This document shows positions 14,761-28,336 of a stretch of 64,000 nucleotides of DNA, piece after piece. The notes under the pieces were generated by a model. The model was given only the letters and a program-made list of their open reading frames with translations. It searched no databases and was not told where the DNA came from. Position numbers and translations under genes: made by a program. The first letter of the stretch is position 1; every line of letters starts with the position of its first letter. The stretch is from Eledone cirrhosa (Eukaryota): assembly GCA_964016885.1 (NCBI GenBank), contig OZ024744.1:116002001-116066000 (forward strand), in the 5' to 3' direction.

Positions 14761-17700
14761 TCATATCTTGTCTCTCTCTCTCTATATATATGTAATGTCT
14801 CTCATATCTTGTCTCTCTCTCTCTCTATAATAATGTCTCTCATATCTTGTCCCTCTCTCTCTATATATAATGTCTCTCATATCTTGTCTCTCTCTCTATA
14901 TATATAATGTCTCTCATATCTTGTCTCTCTCTCTATATATATATATAATGTATCTCATATCTTGTCCCTCTCTCTCTATAAATAATGTCTCTCATATCTT
15001 GTCCCTCTCTCTCTATATATATAATGTCTCTCATATCTTGTCTCTCTCTCTCTATATATAATGTCTCTCATATCTTGTCCTTCTCTCTCTATATATAATG
15101 TCTCTCATATCTTGTCCCTCTCTCTCTATATATAATGTCTCTCATATCTTGTCTCTCTCTATATATATATAATGTCTCTCATATCTTGTCTCTCTCTCTC
15201 TCTATATATAATGTCTCTCATATCTTGTCTCTCTCTCTATATATATATAATGTCTCTCATATCTTGTATCCCTCTCTCTCTATATATATATATAATGTCT
15301 CTCATATCTTGTCTCTCTCTCTCTCTATATATATATATAATGTCTCTCATATCTTGTCTCTCTCTATATATATATATAATGTCTCTCATATCTTGTCTCT
15401 CTCTCTATATATAATGTCTCTCATATCTTGTCTCTCTCTATATATATAATGTCTCTCATATCTTGTCTCTCTCTCTATATATATATATATATAATGTCTC
15501 TCATATCTTGTCTCTCTCTCTCTATATATATAATGTCTCTCATATCTTGTCTCTCTCTCTATATATAATGTCTCTCATATCTTGTCTCTCTCTCTATATA
15601 TAATGTCTCTCATATCTTGTATCTCTCTCTCTATATATATATATATAATTTCTCTCATATCTTGTCTCTCTCTCTATATATATATAATGTCACTCATATC
15701 TTGTCTCTCTCTCTATATATAATGTCTCTCATATCTTGTCTCTCTCTATATATATAATGTCTCTCATATCTTGTCTCTCTCTCTATATATATATAATGTC
15801 TCTCATATCTTGTCTCTCTCTCTCTATATATATAATGTCCCTCATATCTTGTCTCTCTCTCTCTCTATATATAATGTCTCTCAAATCTTGTCTCTCTCTC
15901 TCTATATATAATGTCTCTCATATCTTGTCTCGCTCTCTATATATATAATGTCTCTCATATCTTGTCTCTCTCTCTATATATATAATGTCTCTCATATCTT
16001 GTCTCTCTCTCTATATATATATAATGTCTCTCATATCTTGTCTCTCTCTCTATATATATAATGTCTCTCATATCTTGTCCCTCTCTCTCTATAAATAATG
16101 TTTCTCATATCTTGTCCCTCTCTCTCTATATATATATAATGTCTCTCATATCATGTCTCTATCTATATATATATAATGTCTCTCATATCTTGTCTCTCTC
16201 TCTATATATGTATATAATGTCTCTCATATCTTGTCTCTCTCTCTATATATATAATGTCTCTCATATCTTATCTCTCTCTCTATATATATATAAAATGCCT
16301 CTCATATCTTGTCTCTCTCTATATATATATATATAATGTCTCTCATATCTTGTCTCTCTGTCTATATATATAATGTCTCTCATATCTTGTCTCTCTCTCT
16401 CTATATATATATAATGTCTCTCATATCTTGTCTCTCTCTCTCTATATATATAATGTCTCTCATATCTTGTCTCACTCTCTATATATATATAATGTCTCTC
16501 ATATCTTGTCTCTCTCTCTATATATATATATAATGTCTCTCATATCTTGTCTCTCTCTCTATATATATATATAATGTCTCTCATATCTTGTCTCTCTCTC
16601 TATATATATATTATGTCTCTCATATCTTGTCTCTCTCTATATATATAATGTCTCTCATATCTTGTCTCTCTCTCTCTCTATATATATAATGTCTCTCATA
16701 TCTTGTCTCTCTCTCTATATATACAATGTCTCTCATATCTTGTCTCTCTCTCTATATATATATTATGTCTCTCATATCTTGTCTCTCTCTATATATATAA
16801 TGTCTCTCATATCTTGTCTCTCTCTCTCTCTATATATATAATGTCTCTCATATCTTGTCTCTCTCTATATATATAATGTCTCTCATATCTTGTCACTCTC
16901 TCTCTATATATATAATGTCTCTCATATCTTGTCTCTCTCTCTCTATATATATATAATGTCTCTCATATCTTGTCTCTCTCTCTATATATACAATGTCTCT
17001 CATATCTTGTCTCTTTCTCTATATATATATAATGTCTCTCATATCTTGTCTCTCTCTCTATATATATATAATGTCTCACATATCTTGTCTCTCTCTCTAT
17101 ATATATAATGTCTCTCATATCTTATCTCTCTTTCTATATATATATAAAGTCTCTCATATCTTGTCTCTCTCTCTATATATAATGTCTCTCATATCTTGTG
17201 TCTCTCTCTCTCTCTATATATATAATGTCTCTCATATCTTGTCTCTCTCTCTATATATATAATGTCTCTCATATCTTGTCTCTCTCTCTCTATATATATA
17301 ATGTCTCTCATATCTTGTCTCTCTCTCTATATATATATAATGTCTCTCATATCTTGTCTCTCTCTCTATATATACAATGTCTCTCATATCTTGTCTCTCT
17401 CTCTATATATATAATGTCTCTCATATCTTGTCTCTCTCTCTATATATATAATGTCTCTCATATCTTGTCTCTCTCTCTATATATGTATAATGTCTCTCAT
17501 ATCTTGTCTCTCTCTCTATATATACAATGTCTTTCATATCTTGTCACTCTCTCTATATATATATAATGTCTCTCATATCTTGTCTCTCTCTCTCTATATA
17601 TATATAATGTCTCTCATATATTGTCTCTCTCTCTCTCTATATATAATGTCTCTCATATCTTGTCTCTCTCTCTCTATATATATATAATGTCTCTCATATC

Positions 17701-18938
17701 TTGTCTCTCTCTCTATATATATATGTAATGTCTCTCATATCTTGTCTCTCTCTCTCTCTATAATAATGTCTCTCATATCTTGTCCCTCTCTCTCTATATA
17801 TAATGTCTCTCATATCTTGTCTCTCTCTATATATATATAATGTCTCTCATATCTTGTCTCTCTCTCTCTATATATATATAATGTATCTCATATCTTGTCC
17901 CTCTCTCTCTATATAAATAATGTCTCTCATATCTTGTCCCTCTCTCTCTATATATATAATGTCTCTCATATCTTGTCTCTCTCTCTATATATATAATGTC
18001 TCTCATATCTTGTCCTTCTCTCTCTATATATAATGTCTCTCATATCTTGTCTCTCTCTCTATATATATAATGTCTCTCATATCTTGTCTCTCTCTCTCTA
18101 TATATATAATGTCTCTCATATCTTGTCTCTCTCTCTCTATATATATATAATGTCTCTCATATCTTGTATCTCTCTCTCTCTATATATATATATAATGTCT
18201 CTCATATCTTGTCCCTCTCTCTCTATATATATAATGTCTCTCATATCTTGTCTCTCTCTCTATATATATAATGTCTCTCATATCTTGTCCTTCTCTCTCT
18301 ATATATAATGTCTCTCATATCTTGTCTTTCTCTCTATATATTTATAATGTCTCTCATATCTTGTCTCTCTCTGTCTATATATATATAATGTCTCTCATAT
18401 CTTGTCTCTCTCTCTCTATTTATATATAATGCCTCTCATATCTTGTCTTTCTCTCTATATATATAATGTCTCTCATATCTTGTCTCTCTCTATATATATA
18501 ATGTCTCTCATATCTTGTCACTCTCTCTCTATTTATATAATGTCTCTCATATCTTGTCTCTCTCTATATATATAATGTCTCTCATATCTTGTCTCTCTCT
18601 ATATATATAATGTCTCTCATATCTTGTCTCTCTCTCTATATATATATAATGTCTCTCATATCTTGTCTCTCTCTCTCTATATATATAATGTCTCTCATAT
18701 CTTGTCTCTCTCTCTCTATATATATAATGTCTCTCAAATCTTGTCTCTCTCTCTATATATATAATGTCTCTCATATCTTGTCTCGCTCTCTATATATATA
18801 ATGTCTCTCATATCTTGTCTCTCTCTCTATATATATAATTGTTTCTACTATTGGCACAAGGCCAGCAATTATCCAGTACATTACTGGTACTTTATTTTAT
18901 CGACCCCGTAAGGATGAAAGGCAAAGTTAACCTCGGCG

Positions 18939-18950
18939 GGATTTGAACTC
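18939..18950 (-). promoter_or_regulatory. RNA polymerase III B box of the SINE head
   Basis: Minus strand GAGTTCAAATCC matches GTTCRAnnC and lies 53 nt downstream of the A box. Confidence 0.82.
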
Positions 18951-19003
18951 AGAATGGCAAGGGCTGTAACTCTATGCGTCAAAGCATGGCGTCCGACCCT
19001 CTA

Positions 19004-19015
19004 CCGATACTGCCA
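19004..19015 (-). promoter_or_regulatory. RNA polymerase III A box of the SINE head
   Basis: Minus strand TGGCAGTATCGG lies 10 nt from the element 5' end and fits the TRGCnnAnnnGG-type A box. Confidence 0.7.
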
Positions 19016-22000
19016 ATTCACCGCCTATATATATAATGTCTCTCATATCTTGTCTCTCTCTCTATATATATATAATGTCTCTCATATCTTGTCTCTCTCT
19101 CTATATATATAATGTCTCTCATATCTTGTCTCTCTCTCTATATATATAATGTCTCTCATATCTTATCTCTCTCTCTATATATAAAATGCCTCTCATATCT
19201 TGTCTCTCTCTCTCTATATATATATAATGTCTCTCATATCTTGTCTCTCTCTCTCTATATATATAATGTCACTCATATCTTGTCTCTCTCTCTATATATA
19301 TATAATGTCACTCATATCTTGTCTCTCTCTCTATATATATATAATGTCTCTCATATCTTGTCTCTCTCTCTATATATATAATGTCTCTCATATCTTGTCT
19401 CTCTCTCTATATATATATATAATGTCTCTCATATCTTGTCTCTCTCTCTATATATATAATGTCTCTCATATCTTGTCTCTCTCTCTATGTATATATAATG
19501 TCTCTCATATCTTGTCACTCTCTCTATATATATATAATGTCACTCATATCTTGTCTCTCTCTCTATATATATATAATGTCACTCATATCTTGTCTCTCTC
19601 TCTATATATATATAATGTCTCTCATATCTTGTCTCTCTCTCTATATATATAATGTCTCTCATATCTTATCTCTCTCTCTATATATAAAATGCCTCTCATA
19701 TCTTGTCTCTCTCTCTCTCTATATATATAATGTCTCTCATATCTTGTCTCTCTCTCTCTATATATATATAATGTCTCTCATATCTTGTCTCTCTCTCTAT
19801 ATATATATAATGTCACTCATATCTTGTCTCTCTCTCTATATATATATAATGTCTCTCATATCTTGTCTCTCTCTCTATATATATAATGTCTCTCATATCT
19901 TGTCACTCTCTCTCTATATATATAATGCCTCTCATATCTTGTCTCTCTCTCTATATATATATAATGTCTCTCATATCTTGTCTCTCTCTCTATATATATA
20001 ATGTCACTCATATCTTGTATCTATCTCTATGTATATATAATGTCTCTCATATCTTTTCTCTCTCTCTCTATATATATAATGTCTCTCATATCTTGTCTCA
20101 CTCTCTCTATATATATAATGTCTCTCATATCTTGTCTCTCTCTCTATATATATATAATGTCACTCATATTTTGACGCTCTCTCTCTCTATATATAATGTC
20201 ACTCATATCTTGTCGCTCTCTCTCTATATATATAATGTCTCTCATATCTTGTCTCTCTCTCTCTCTATCTATATATAATGTCTCTCATATCTTGTCTCTC
20301 TCTCTATAAATATAATGTCTCTCATATCTTGTCTCTCTCTATATATATAATGTCTCTCATATCTTGTCACTCTCTCTCTATTTATATAATGTCTCTCATA
20401 TCTTGTCTCTCTCTCTATATATATAATGTCTCTCATATCTTGTCTCTCTCTCTATATATATATAATGTCTCTCATATCTTGTCTCTCTCTATATATATAC
20501 AATGTCTCTCATATCTTGTCTCTCTCTCTATATATACAATGTCTCTCATATCTTGTCTCTCTCTCTATATATATAATGTCTCTCATATCTTGTCTCTCTC
20601 TCTATATATATATAATGTCTCTCATATCTTGTCTCTCTCTCTATATATATAATGTCTCTCATATCTTGTCTCTCTCTCTATATATATAATCTCTATCATA
20701 TCTTGTCTCTCTCTCTCTATATATATGATGTCTCTCATATCTTGTCTCTCTCTCTATATATATATAATGTCTCTCATATCTTGTCTCTCTCTCTATATAT
20801 ATATAATGTCTCTCATATCTTGTCTCTCTCTCTATATATATATAATGTCTCTCATATCTTGTCTCTCTCTCTATATATATATAATGTCTCTCAAATCTTG
20901 TCGCTCTCTCTATATATATAATGTCTCTCATATCTTGTCTCTCTCTCTATATATATATAATGTCTCTCATATCTTGTCTCTCTCTCTATATATATAATGT
21001 CTCTCATATCTTATCTCTCTCTCTCTATATATATAAAATGCCTCTCATATCTTGTCCCTCTCTCTCTATAAATAATGTTTCTCATATCTTGTCCCTCTCT
21101 CTCTATATATATATAATGTCTCTCATATCATGTCTCTATCTATATATATATAATGTCTCTCATATCTTGTCTCTCTCTCTATATATATATATAATGTCTC
21201 TCATATCTTGTCTCTCTCTCTATATATATAATGTCTCTCATATCTTATCTCTCTCTCTCTATATATATAAAATGCCTCTCATATCTTGTCTCTCTCTCTA
21301 TATATATATATAATGTCACTCATATCTTGTCTCTCTGTCTATATATATAATGTCTCTCATATCTTGTCTCTCTCTCTCTATATATATATAATGTCTCTCA
21401 TATCTTGTCTCTCTCTCTCTATATATATAATGTCTCTCATATCTTGTCTCACTCTCTATATATATATAATGTCTCTCATATCTTGTCTCTCTCTATATAT
21501 ATATATATAATGTCTTTCATATCTTGTCTCTCTCTCTATATATATATATAATGTCTCTCATATCTTGTCTCTCTCTCTATATATATATTATGTCTCTCAT
21601 ATCTTGTCTCTCTCTATATATATAATGTCTCTCATATCTTGTCTCTCTCTCTCTCTATATATATAATGTCTCTCATATCTTGTCTCTCTCTCTATATATA
21701 CAATGTCTCTCATATCTTGTCTCTCTCTCTCTATATATATAATGTCTCTCATATCTTGTCTCTCTCTATATATATAATGTCTCTCATATCTTGTCGCTCT
21801 CTCTCTATATATATAATGTCTCTCATATCTTGTCTCTCTCTATATATATAATGTCTCTCATATCTTGTCACTCTCTCTCTATATATATAATGTCTCTCAT
21901 ATCTTGTCTCTCTCTCTATATATATATAATGTCTCTCATATCTTGTCTCTCTCTCTATATATACAATGTCTCTCATATCTTGTCTCTTTCTCTATATATA

Positions 22001-25000
22001 TATAATGTCTCTCATATCTTGTCTCTCTCTCTATATATATATAATGTCTCTCATATCTTGTCTCTCTCTCTATATATATAATGTCTCTCATATCTTATCT
22101 CTCTCTCTATATATATATAAAGTCTCTCATATCTTGTCTCTCTCTCTATATATAATGTCTCTCATATCTTGTGTCTCTCTCTCTCTCTATATATATAATG
22201 TCTCTCATATCTTGTCTCTCTCTCTATATATATAATGTCTCTCATATCTTGTCTCTCTCTCTCTCTATATATAATGTCTCTCATATCTTGTCTCTCTCTC
22301 TATATATATATAATGTCTCTCATATCTTGTCTCTCTGTCTATATATATAATGTCTCTCATATCTTGTCTCTCTCTCTATATATATATAATGTCTCTCATA
22401 TCTTGTCTCTCTCTCTCTATATATATAATGTCTCTCATATCTTGTCTCTCTCTCTATATATACAATGTCTCTCATATCTTGTCTCTCTCTCTATATATAC
22501 AATGTCTCTCATATCTTGTCTCTCTCTCTATATATATAATGTCTCTCATATCTTGTCTCTCTCTCTATATATATAATGTCTCTCATATCTTGTCTCTCTC
22601 TCTATATATATATAATGTCTCTCATATCTTGTCTCTCTCTCTATATATATATAATGTCTCTCATATCTTGTCTGTCTCTCTCTATATATATATAATGTCT
22701 CTCATATATTGTCTCTCTCTCTATATATATATAATGTCTCTCATATCTTGTCTCTCTCTCTCTATATATATATAATGTCTCTCAAATCTTGTCTCTCTCT
22801 CTATATATATATGTAATGTCTCTCATATCTTGTCTCTCTCTCTCTCTATAATAATGTCTCTCATATCTTGTCCCTCTCTCTCTATATATAATGTCTCTCA
22901 TATCTTGTATCTCTCTATATATATATAATGTCTCTCATATCTTGTCTCTCTCTCTATATATATATATAATGTATCTCATATCTTGTCCCTCTCTCTCTAT
23001 AAATAATGTCTCTCATATCTTGTCCCTCTCTCTCTATATATATAATGTCTCTCATATCTTGTCTCTCTCTCTCTATATATAATGTCTCTCATATCTTGTC
23101 CCTCTCTCTCTATATATAATGTCTCTCATATCTTGTCTCTCTCTCTATATATATAATGTCTCTCATATCTTGTCTCTCTCTCTCTATATATATAATGTCT
23201 CTCATATCTTGTCTCTCTCTCTCTATATATATAATGTCTCTCATATCTTGTATCTCTCTCTCTATATATATATATATAATGTCTCTCATATCTTGTCTCT
23301 CTCTCTATATATATATATATATAATGTCTCTCATATCTTGTCTCTCTCTCTATATATATATAATGTCTCTCATATCTTGTCTCTCTCTCTATATATAATG
23401 TCTCTCATATCTTGTCTCTCTCTATATATATAATGTCTCTCATATCTTGTATCTCTCTCTCTCTATATATATATATAATGTCTCTCATATCTTGTCTCTC
23501 TCTCTCTATATATATAATGTCTCTCATATCTTGTCTCTCTCTCTAAATATAATGTCTCTCATATCTTGTCTCTCTCTATATATATAATGTCTCTCATATC
23601 TTGTCTCTCTCTCTATATATATATAATGTCTCTCATATCTTGTCTCTCTCTCTCTATATATATAATGTCTCTCATATCTTGTCTCTCTCTCTCTATATAT
23701 ATAATGTCTCTCAAATCTTGTCTCTCTCTCTATATATATAATGTCTCTCATATCTTGTCTCTCTCCATATATATAATGTCTCTCATATCTTGTCTCTCTC
23801 TCTATATATATAATGTCTCTCATATCTTGTCTCTCTCTCTATATATATATAATGTCTCTCATATCTTGTCTCTCTCTCTATATATATAATGTCTCTCATA
23901 TCTTATCTCTCTCTCTATATATAAAATGCCTCTCATATCTTGTCTCTCTCTCTCTCTATATATATAATGTCTCTCATATCTTGTCTCTCTCTCTATATAT
24001 ATATAATGTCACTCATATCTTGTATCTATCTCTATGTATATATAATGCCTCTCATATCTTTTCTCTCTCTCTCTCTATATATAATGTCTCTCATATCTTG
24101 TCTCTCTCTCTCTATATATATAATGTCTCTCATATCTTGTCTCTCTCTCTCTATATATATATAATGTCTCTCATATCTTGTCTCTCTCTCTCTATATATA
24201 TAATGTTTCTCATATCTTGTCTCACTCTCTATATATATATAATGTCTCTCATATCTTGTCTCTCTCTCTCTATATATATAATGTCACTCATATTTTGTCG
24301 CTCTCTCTCTCTATATATAATGTCACTCATATCTTGTCGCTCTCTCTCTATATATATAATGTCTCTCATATCTTGTCTCTCTCTCTCTCTATCTATATAT
24401 AATGTCTCTCATATCTTGTCTCTCTCTCTATAAATATAATGTCTCTCATATCTTGTCTCTCTCTATATATATAATGTCTCTCATATCTTGTCACTCTCTC
24501 TCTATTTATATAATGTCTCTCATATCTTGTCTCTCTCTCTATATATATAATGTCTCTCATATCTTGTCTCTCTCTCTATATATATATAATGTCTCTCATA
24601 TCTTGTCTCTCTCTCTATATATACAATGTCTCTCATATCTTGTCTCTCTCTCTATATAAATAATGTCTCTCATATCTTGTCTCTCTCTCTCTATATATAT
24701 AATGTCTCTCATATCTTGTCTCTCTCTCTATATATATAATGTCTCACATATCTTGTCTCTCTCTCTCTATATATAATGTCTATCATATCATGTCTCTCTC
24801 TCTCTCTCTATATATAATGTCTCTCATAACTTGTCTCTCTCTCTATATATAAATAATCTCTCTCATATCTTGTCCCTCTCTCTATATATATATATAATGT
24901 CTCTCATATCTTGTCTCTCTCTCTCTATATATAATGTCTCTCATATCTTGTCTCGCTCTCTATATATATAATGTCTCTCATATCTTGTCTCTCTCTCTAT

Positions 25001-28000
25001 ATATATATAATGTCTCTCATATCTTGTCTCTCTCTCTCTCTATATATAATGTCTCTCATATCTTATCTCTCTCTCTATATATAAAATGCCTCTCATATCT
25101 TGTCTCTCTCTCTCTATATATATATAATGTCTCTCATATCTTGTCTCACTCTCTATATATATATAATGTCTCTCATATCTTGTCTCTCTCTCTATATATA
25201 TATAATGTCACTCATATCTTGTCCCTCTCTCTCTATATATATATAATGTCACTCATATCTTGTCGCTCTCTCTCTATATATATAATGTCTCTCATATCTT
25301 GTCTCTCTCTCTATATATATATAATGTCTCTCATATCTTGCCTCTCTCTCTCTCTATACATATAATGTCTCTCATATCTTGTCTCTCTCTCTATATATAT
25401 ATAATGTCTCTCATATCTTGTCTCGCTCTCTCTCTATCTATATATAATGTCTCTCATATCTTGTCTCTCTCTCTCTATATATATATAATGTCTCTCATAT
25501 CTTGTCTCTCTCTCTATATATGTAATGTCTCTCATATCTTGTCTCTCTCTCTCTCTATAATAATGTCTCTCATATCTTGTCCCTCTCTCTCTATATATAA
25601 TGTCTCTCACATCTTGTCTCTCTCTCTATATATATAATGTCTCTCATATCTTGTCTCTCTCTCTCTCTATATATATAATGTATCTCATATCTTGTCCCTC
25701 TCTCTCTATAAATAATGTCTCTCATATCTTGTCCCTCTCTCTCTATATATATAACGTCTCTCATATCTTGTCTCTCTCTCTATATATATATAATGTCTCT
25801 CATATCTTGTCTCTCTCTCTATATATATAATGTCTCTCATATCTTGTCCTTCTCTCTCTATATATAATGTCTCTCATATCTTGTCCCTCTCTCTCTATAT
25901 ATAATGTCTCTCATATCTTGTCTCTCTCTCTATATATATAATGTCTCTCATATCTTGTCTCTCTCTCTCTATATATATAATGTCTCTCATATCTTGTCTC
26001 TCTCTCTCTATATATATAATGTCTCTCATATCTTGTATCTCTTTCTCTATATATATATATATAATGTCTCTCATATCTTGTCTCTCTCTCTCTCTATATA
26101 TATATATAATGTCTCTCATATCTTGTCTCTCTCTCTATATATATATAATGTCTCTCATATCTTGTCTCTCTCTCTATATATAATGTCTCTCATTTCTTGT
26201 CTCTCTCTATATATATAATGTCTCTCATATCTTGTCTCTCTCTCTCTCTATATATATATATAATGTCTCTCATATCTTGTCTCTCTCTCTATATATATAT
26301 AATGTCTCTCATATCTTGTCTCTCTCTCTATATATAATGTCTCTCATATCTTGTCTCTCTCTCTCTCTATATATATATATAATGTCTCTCATATCTTGTC
26401 TCTCTCTCTATATATATATAATGTCTCTCATATCTTGTATCTCTCTCTCTATATATATATATATAATGTCTCTCATATCTTGTCTCTCTCTCTATATATA
26501 TATAATGTCTCTCATATCTTGTCTCTCTCTCTATATATAATGTCTCTCATATCTTGTCTCTCTCTCTATATATATATAATGTCTCTCAAATCTTGTCTCT
26601 CTCTATATATATAATGTCTCTCATATCTTGTCTCTCTCTATATATATAATGTCTCTCATATCTTGTCTCTCTCTCTATATATATATAATGTCTCTCATAT
26701 CTTGTCTCTCTCTCTCTCTATCTATATATAATGTCTCTCATATCTTGTCTCTCTCTCTATAAATATAATGTCTCTCATATCTTGTCTCTCTCTATCTATA
26801 TAATGTCTCTCATATCTTGTCGCTCTCTCTCTCTATTTATATAATGTCTCTCATATCTTGTCTCTCTCTCTATATATATAATGTCTCTCATATCTTGTCT
26901 CTCTCTCTCTATATATATAATGTCTCTCATATCTTGTCTCTCTCTCTATATATACAATGTCTCTCATATCTTGTATCTCTCTCTATATATACAATGTCTC
27001 TCATATCTTGTCTCTCTCTCTATATATTTAATGTCTCTCATATCTTGTCTCTCTCTCTATATATATATAATGTCTCTCATATCTTGTCTCTCTCTCTATA
27101 TATATAATGTCTCTCATATCTTGTCTCTCTCTCTCTATATATAATGTCTATCATATCTTGTCTCTCTCTCTCTATATATATAATGTCTCTCATATCTTGT
27201 CTCTCTCTCTATATATATATAATGTCTCTCATATCTTGTCTCTCTCTCTATATATATAATGTCTCTCATATCTTGTCTCTCTCTATATATATATAATGTC
27301 TCTCATATCTTGTCTCTCTCTATATATATAATGTCTCTCATATCTTGTCTCTCTCTCTATATATATAATGTCTCACATGTCTTGTCTTGCTCTCTATATA
27401 TATAATGTCTCTCATATCTTGTCTCTCTCTCTATATATATATAATGTCTCTCATATCTTGTCTCTCTCTCTCTATATATAATGTCTCTCATATCTTATCT
27501 CTCTCTCTATATATAAAATGCCTCTCATATCTTGTCTCTCTCTCTATATATATATATAATGTCTCTCATATCTTGTCTCTCTCTCTCTATATATATAATG
27601 TCACTCATATCTTGTATCTATCTCTATGTATATATAATGTCTCTCATATCTTTTCTCTCTCTCTCTCTATATATAATGTCTCTCATATCTTGTCTCTCTC
27701 TCTCTATATATAATGTCTCTCATATCTTGTTTCTCTCTCTATATATATAATGTCTCTCATATCTTGTCTCTCTCTCTCTATATATATAATGTCTCTCATA
27801 TCTTGTCTCTCTCTCTATATATATAATGTCTCTCATATCTTGTCTCTCTCTCACTATTTATAATCTCTATCATATCTTGTCTCTCTCTCTCTATATATAT
27901 AATGTCTCTCATATCTTGTCTCTCTCTCTATATATATATAATGTCTCTCATATCTTGTCCCTCTCTCTATATATATATATATAGTCTCTCATATCTTGTC

Positions 28001-28250
28001 TCTCTCTCTCTATATATAATGTCTCTCATATCTTGTCTCGCTCTCTATATATATAATGTCTCTCATATCTTGTCTCTCTCTCTATATATATATAATGTCT
28101 CTCATATATTGTCTCTCTCTATATATATATAATGTCTCTCATATCTTATCTCTCTCTCTATATATAAAATGCCTCTCATATCTTGTCTCTCTCTCTATAT
28201 ATATATATAATGTCTCTCATATCTTGTCTCTCTCTCTATATATATATAAT

Positions 28251-28336
28251 TGTTTCGACTTTTGGCACAAGGCCAGCAATTAACCAGTGCATTACTGGTA
28301 CTTTATTTTATCGACCCCGTAAGGATGAAAGGCAAA
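28251..28336 (-). mobile_element. 5'-truncated SINE fragment, copy 1 (86 bp; lacks tRNA head)
   Basis: Aligns ungapped to 18840-18925 with 4 substitutions. It ends at ...GAAAGGCAAA and rejoins the satellite at AATGTCACTC. Confidence 0.9.

Larger units (their letters stand above)
18840..19025 (-). mobile_element. tRNA-derived SINE with intact 5' head (186 bp), resembling an Octopus/mollusc SINE family
   Basis: Minus strand reads GGCGGTGAATTGGCAGTATCGGTAGAG...TTCTGAGTTCAAATCCCGCCGAGGTTAACTTTGCCTTTCATCCTTACGGGGTCGATAAAATAAAGTACCAG...GGCCTTGTGCCAATAGTAGAAACA. It has Pol III A- and B-box motifs and flanking direct repeats. The central GCCTTTCATCCT..GGGGTCGATAAAAT..GTACCAG segment is one I recall from conserved-domain SINEs. 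Family assignment is from memory, not a search. Confidence 0.88.
18828..19037. repeat. Target-site duplication TATATATATAAT flanking the long SINE (18828-18839 and 19026-19037)
   Basis: The same 12-mer (13 with the preceding C) is on both sides. The right copy is not preceded by a (TC)n tract, so it is extra relative to the monomer phase. Low complexity makes the exact length uncertain. Confidence 0.75.
16060..23800. repeat. ~4.98-kb-period duplication: ~16.06-18.8 kb related to ~21.04-23.8 kb (patchy)
   Basis: Pairs 16309/21286, 16993/21966 and 18589/23566; shared variant TCATGTCTCTATC at ~16151/21128. Confidence 0.7.

Noticed and set aside
18930-19025. Functional tRNA gene
   Set aside because: A and B boxes are present, but I could not fold a convincing cloverleaf or anticodon arm. 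The sequence continues into a SINE body and is flanked by a TSD.
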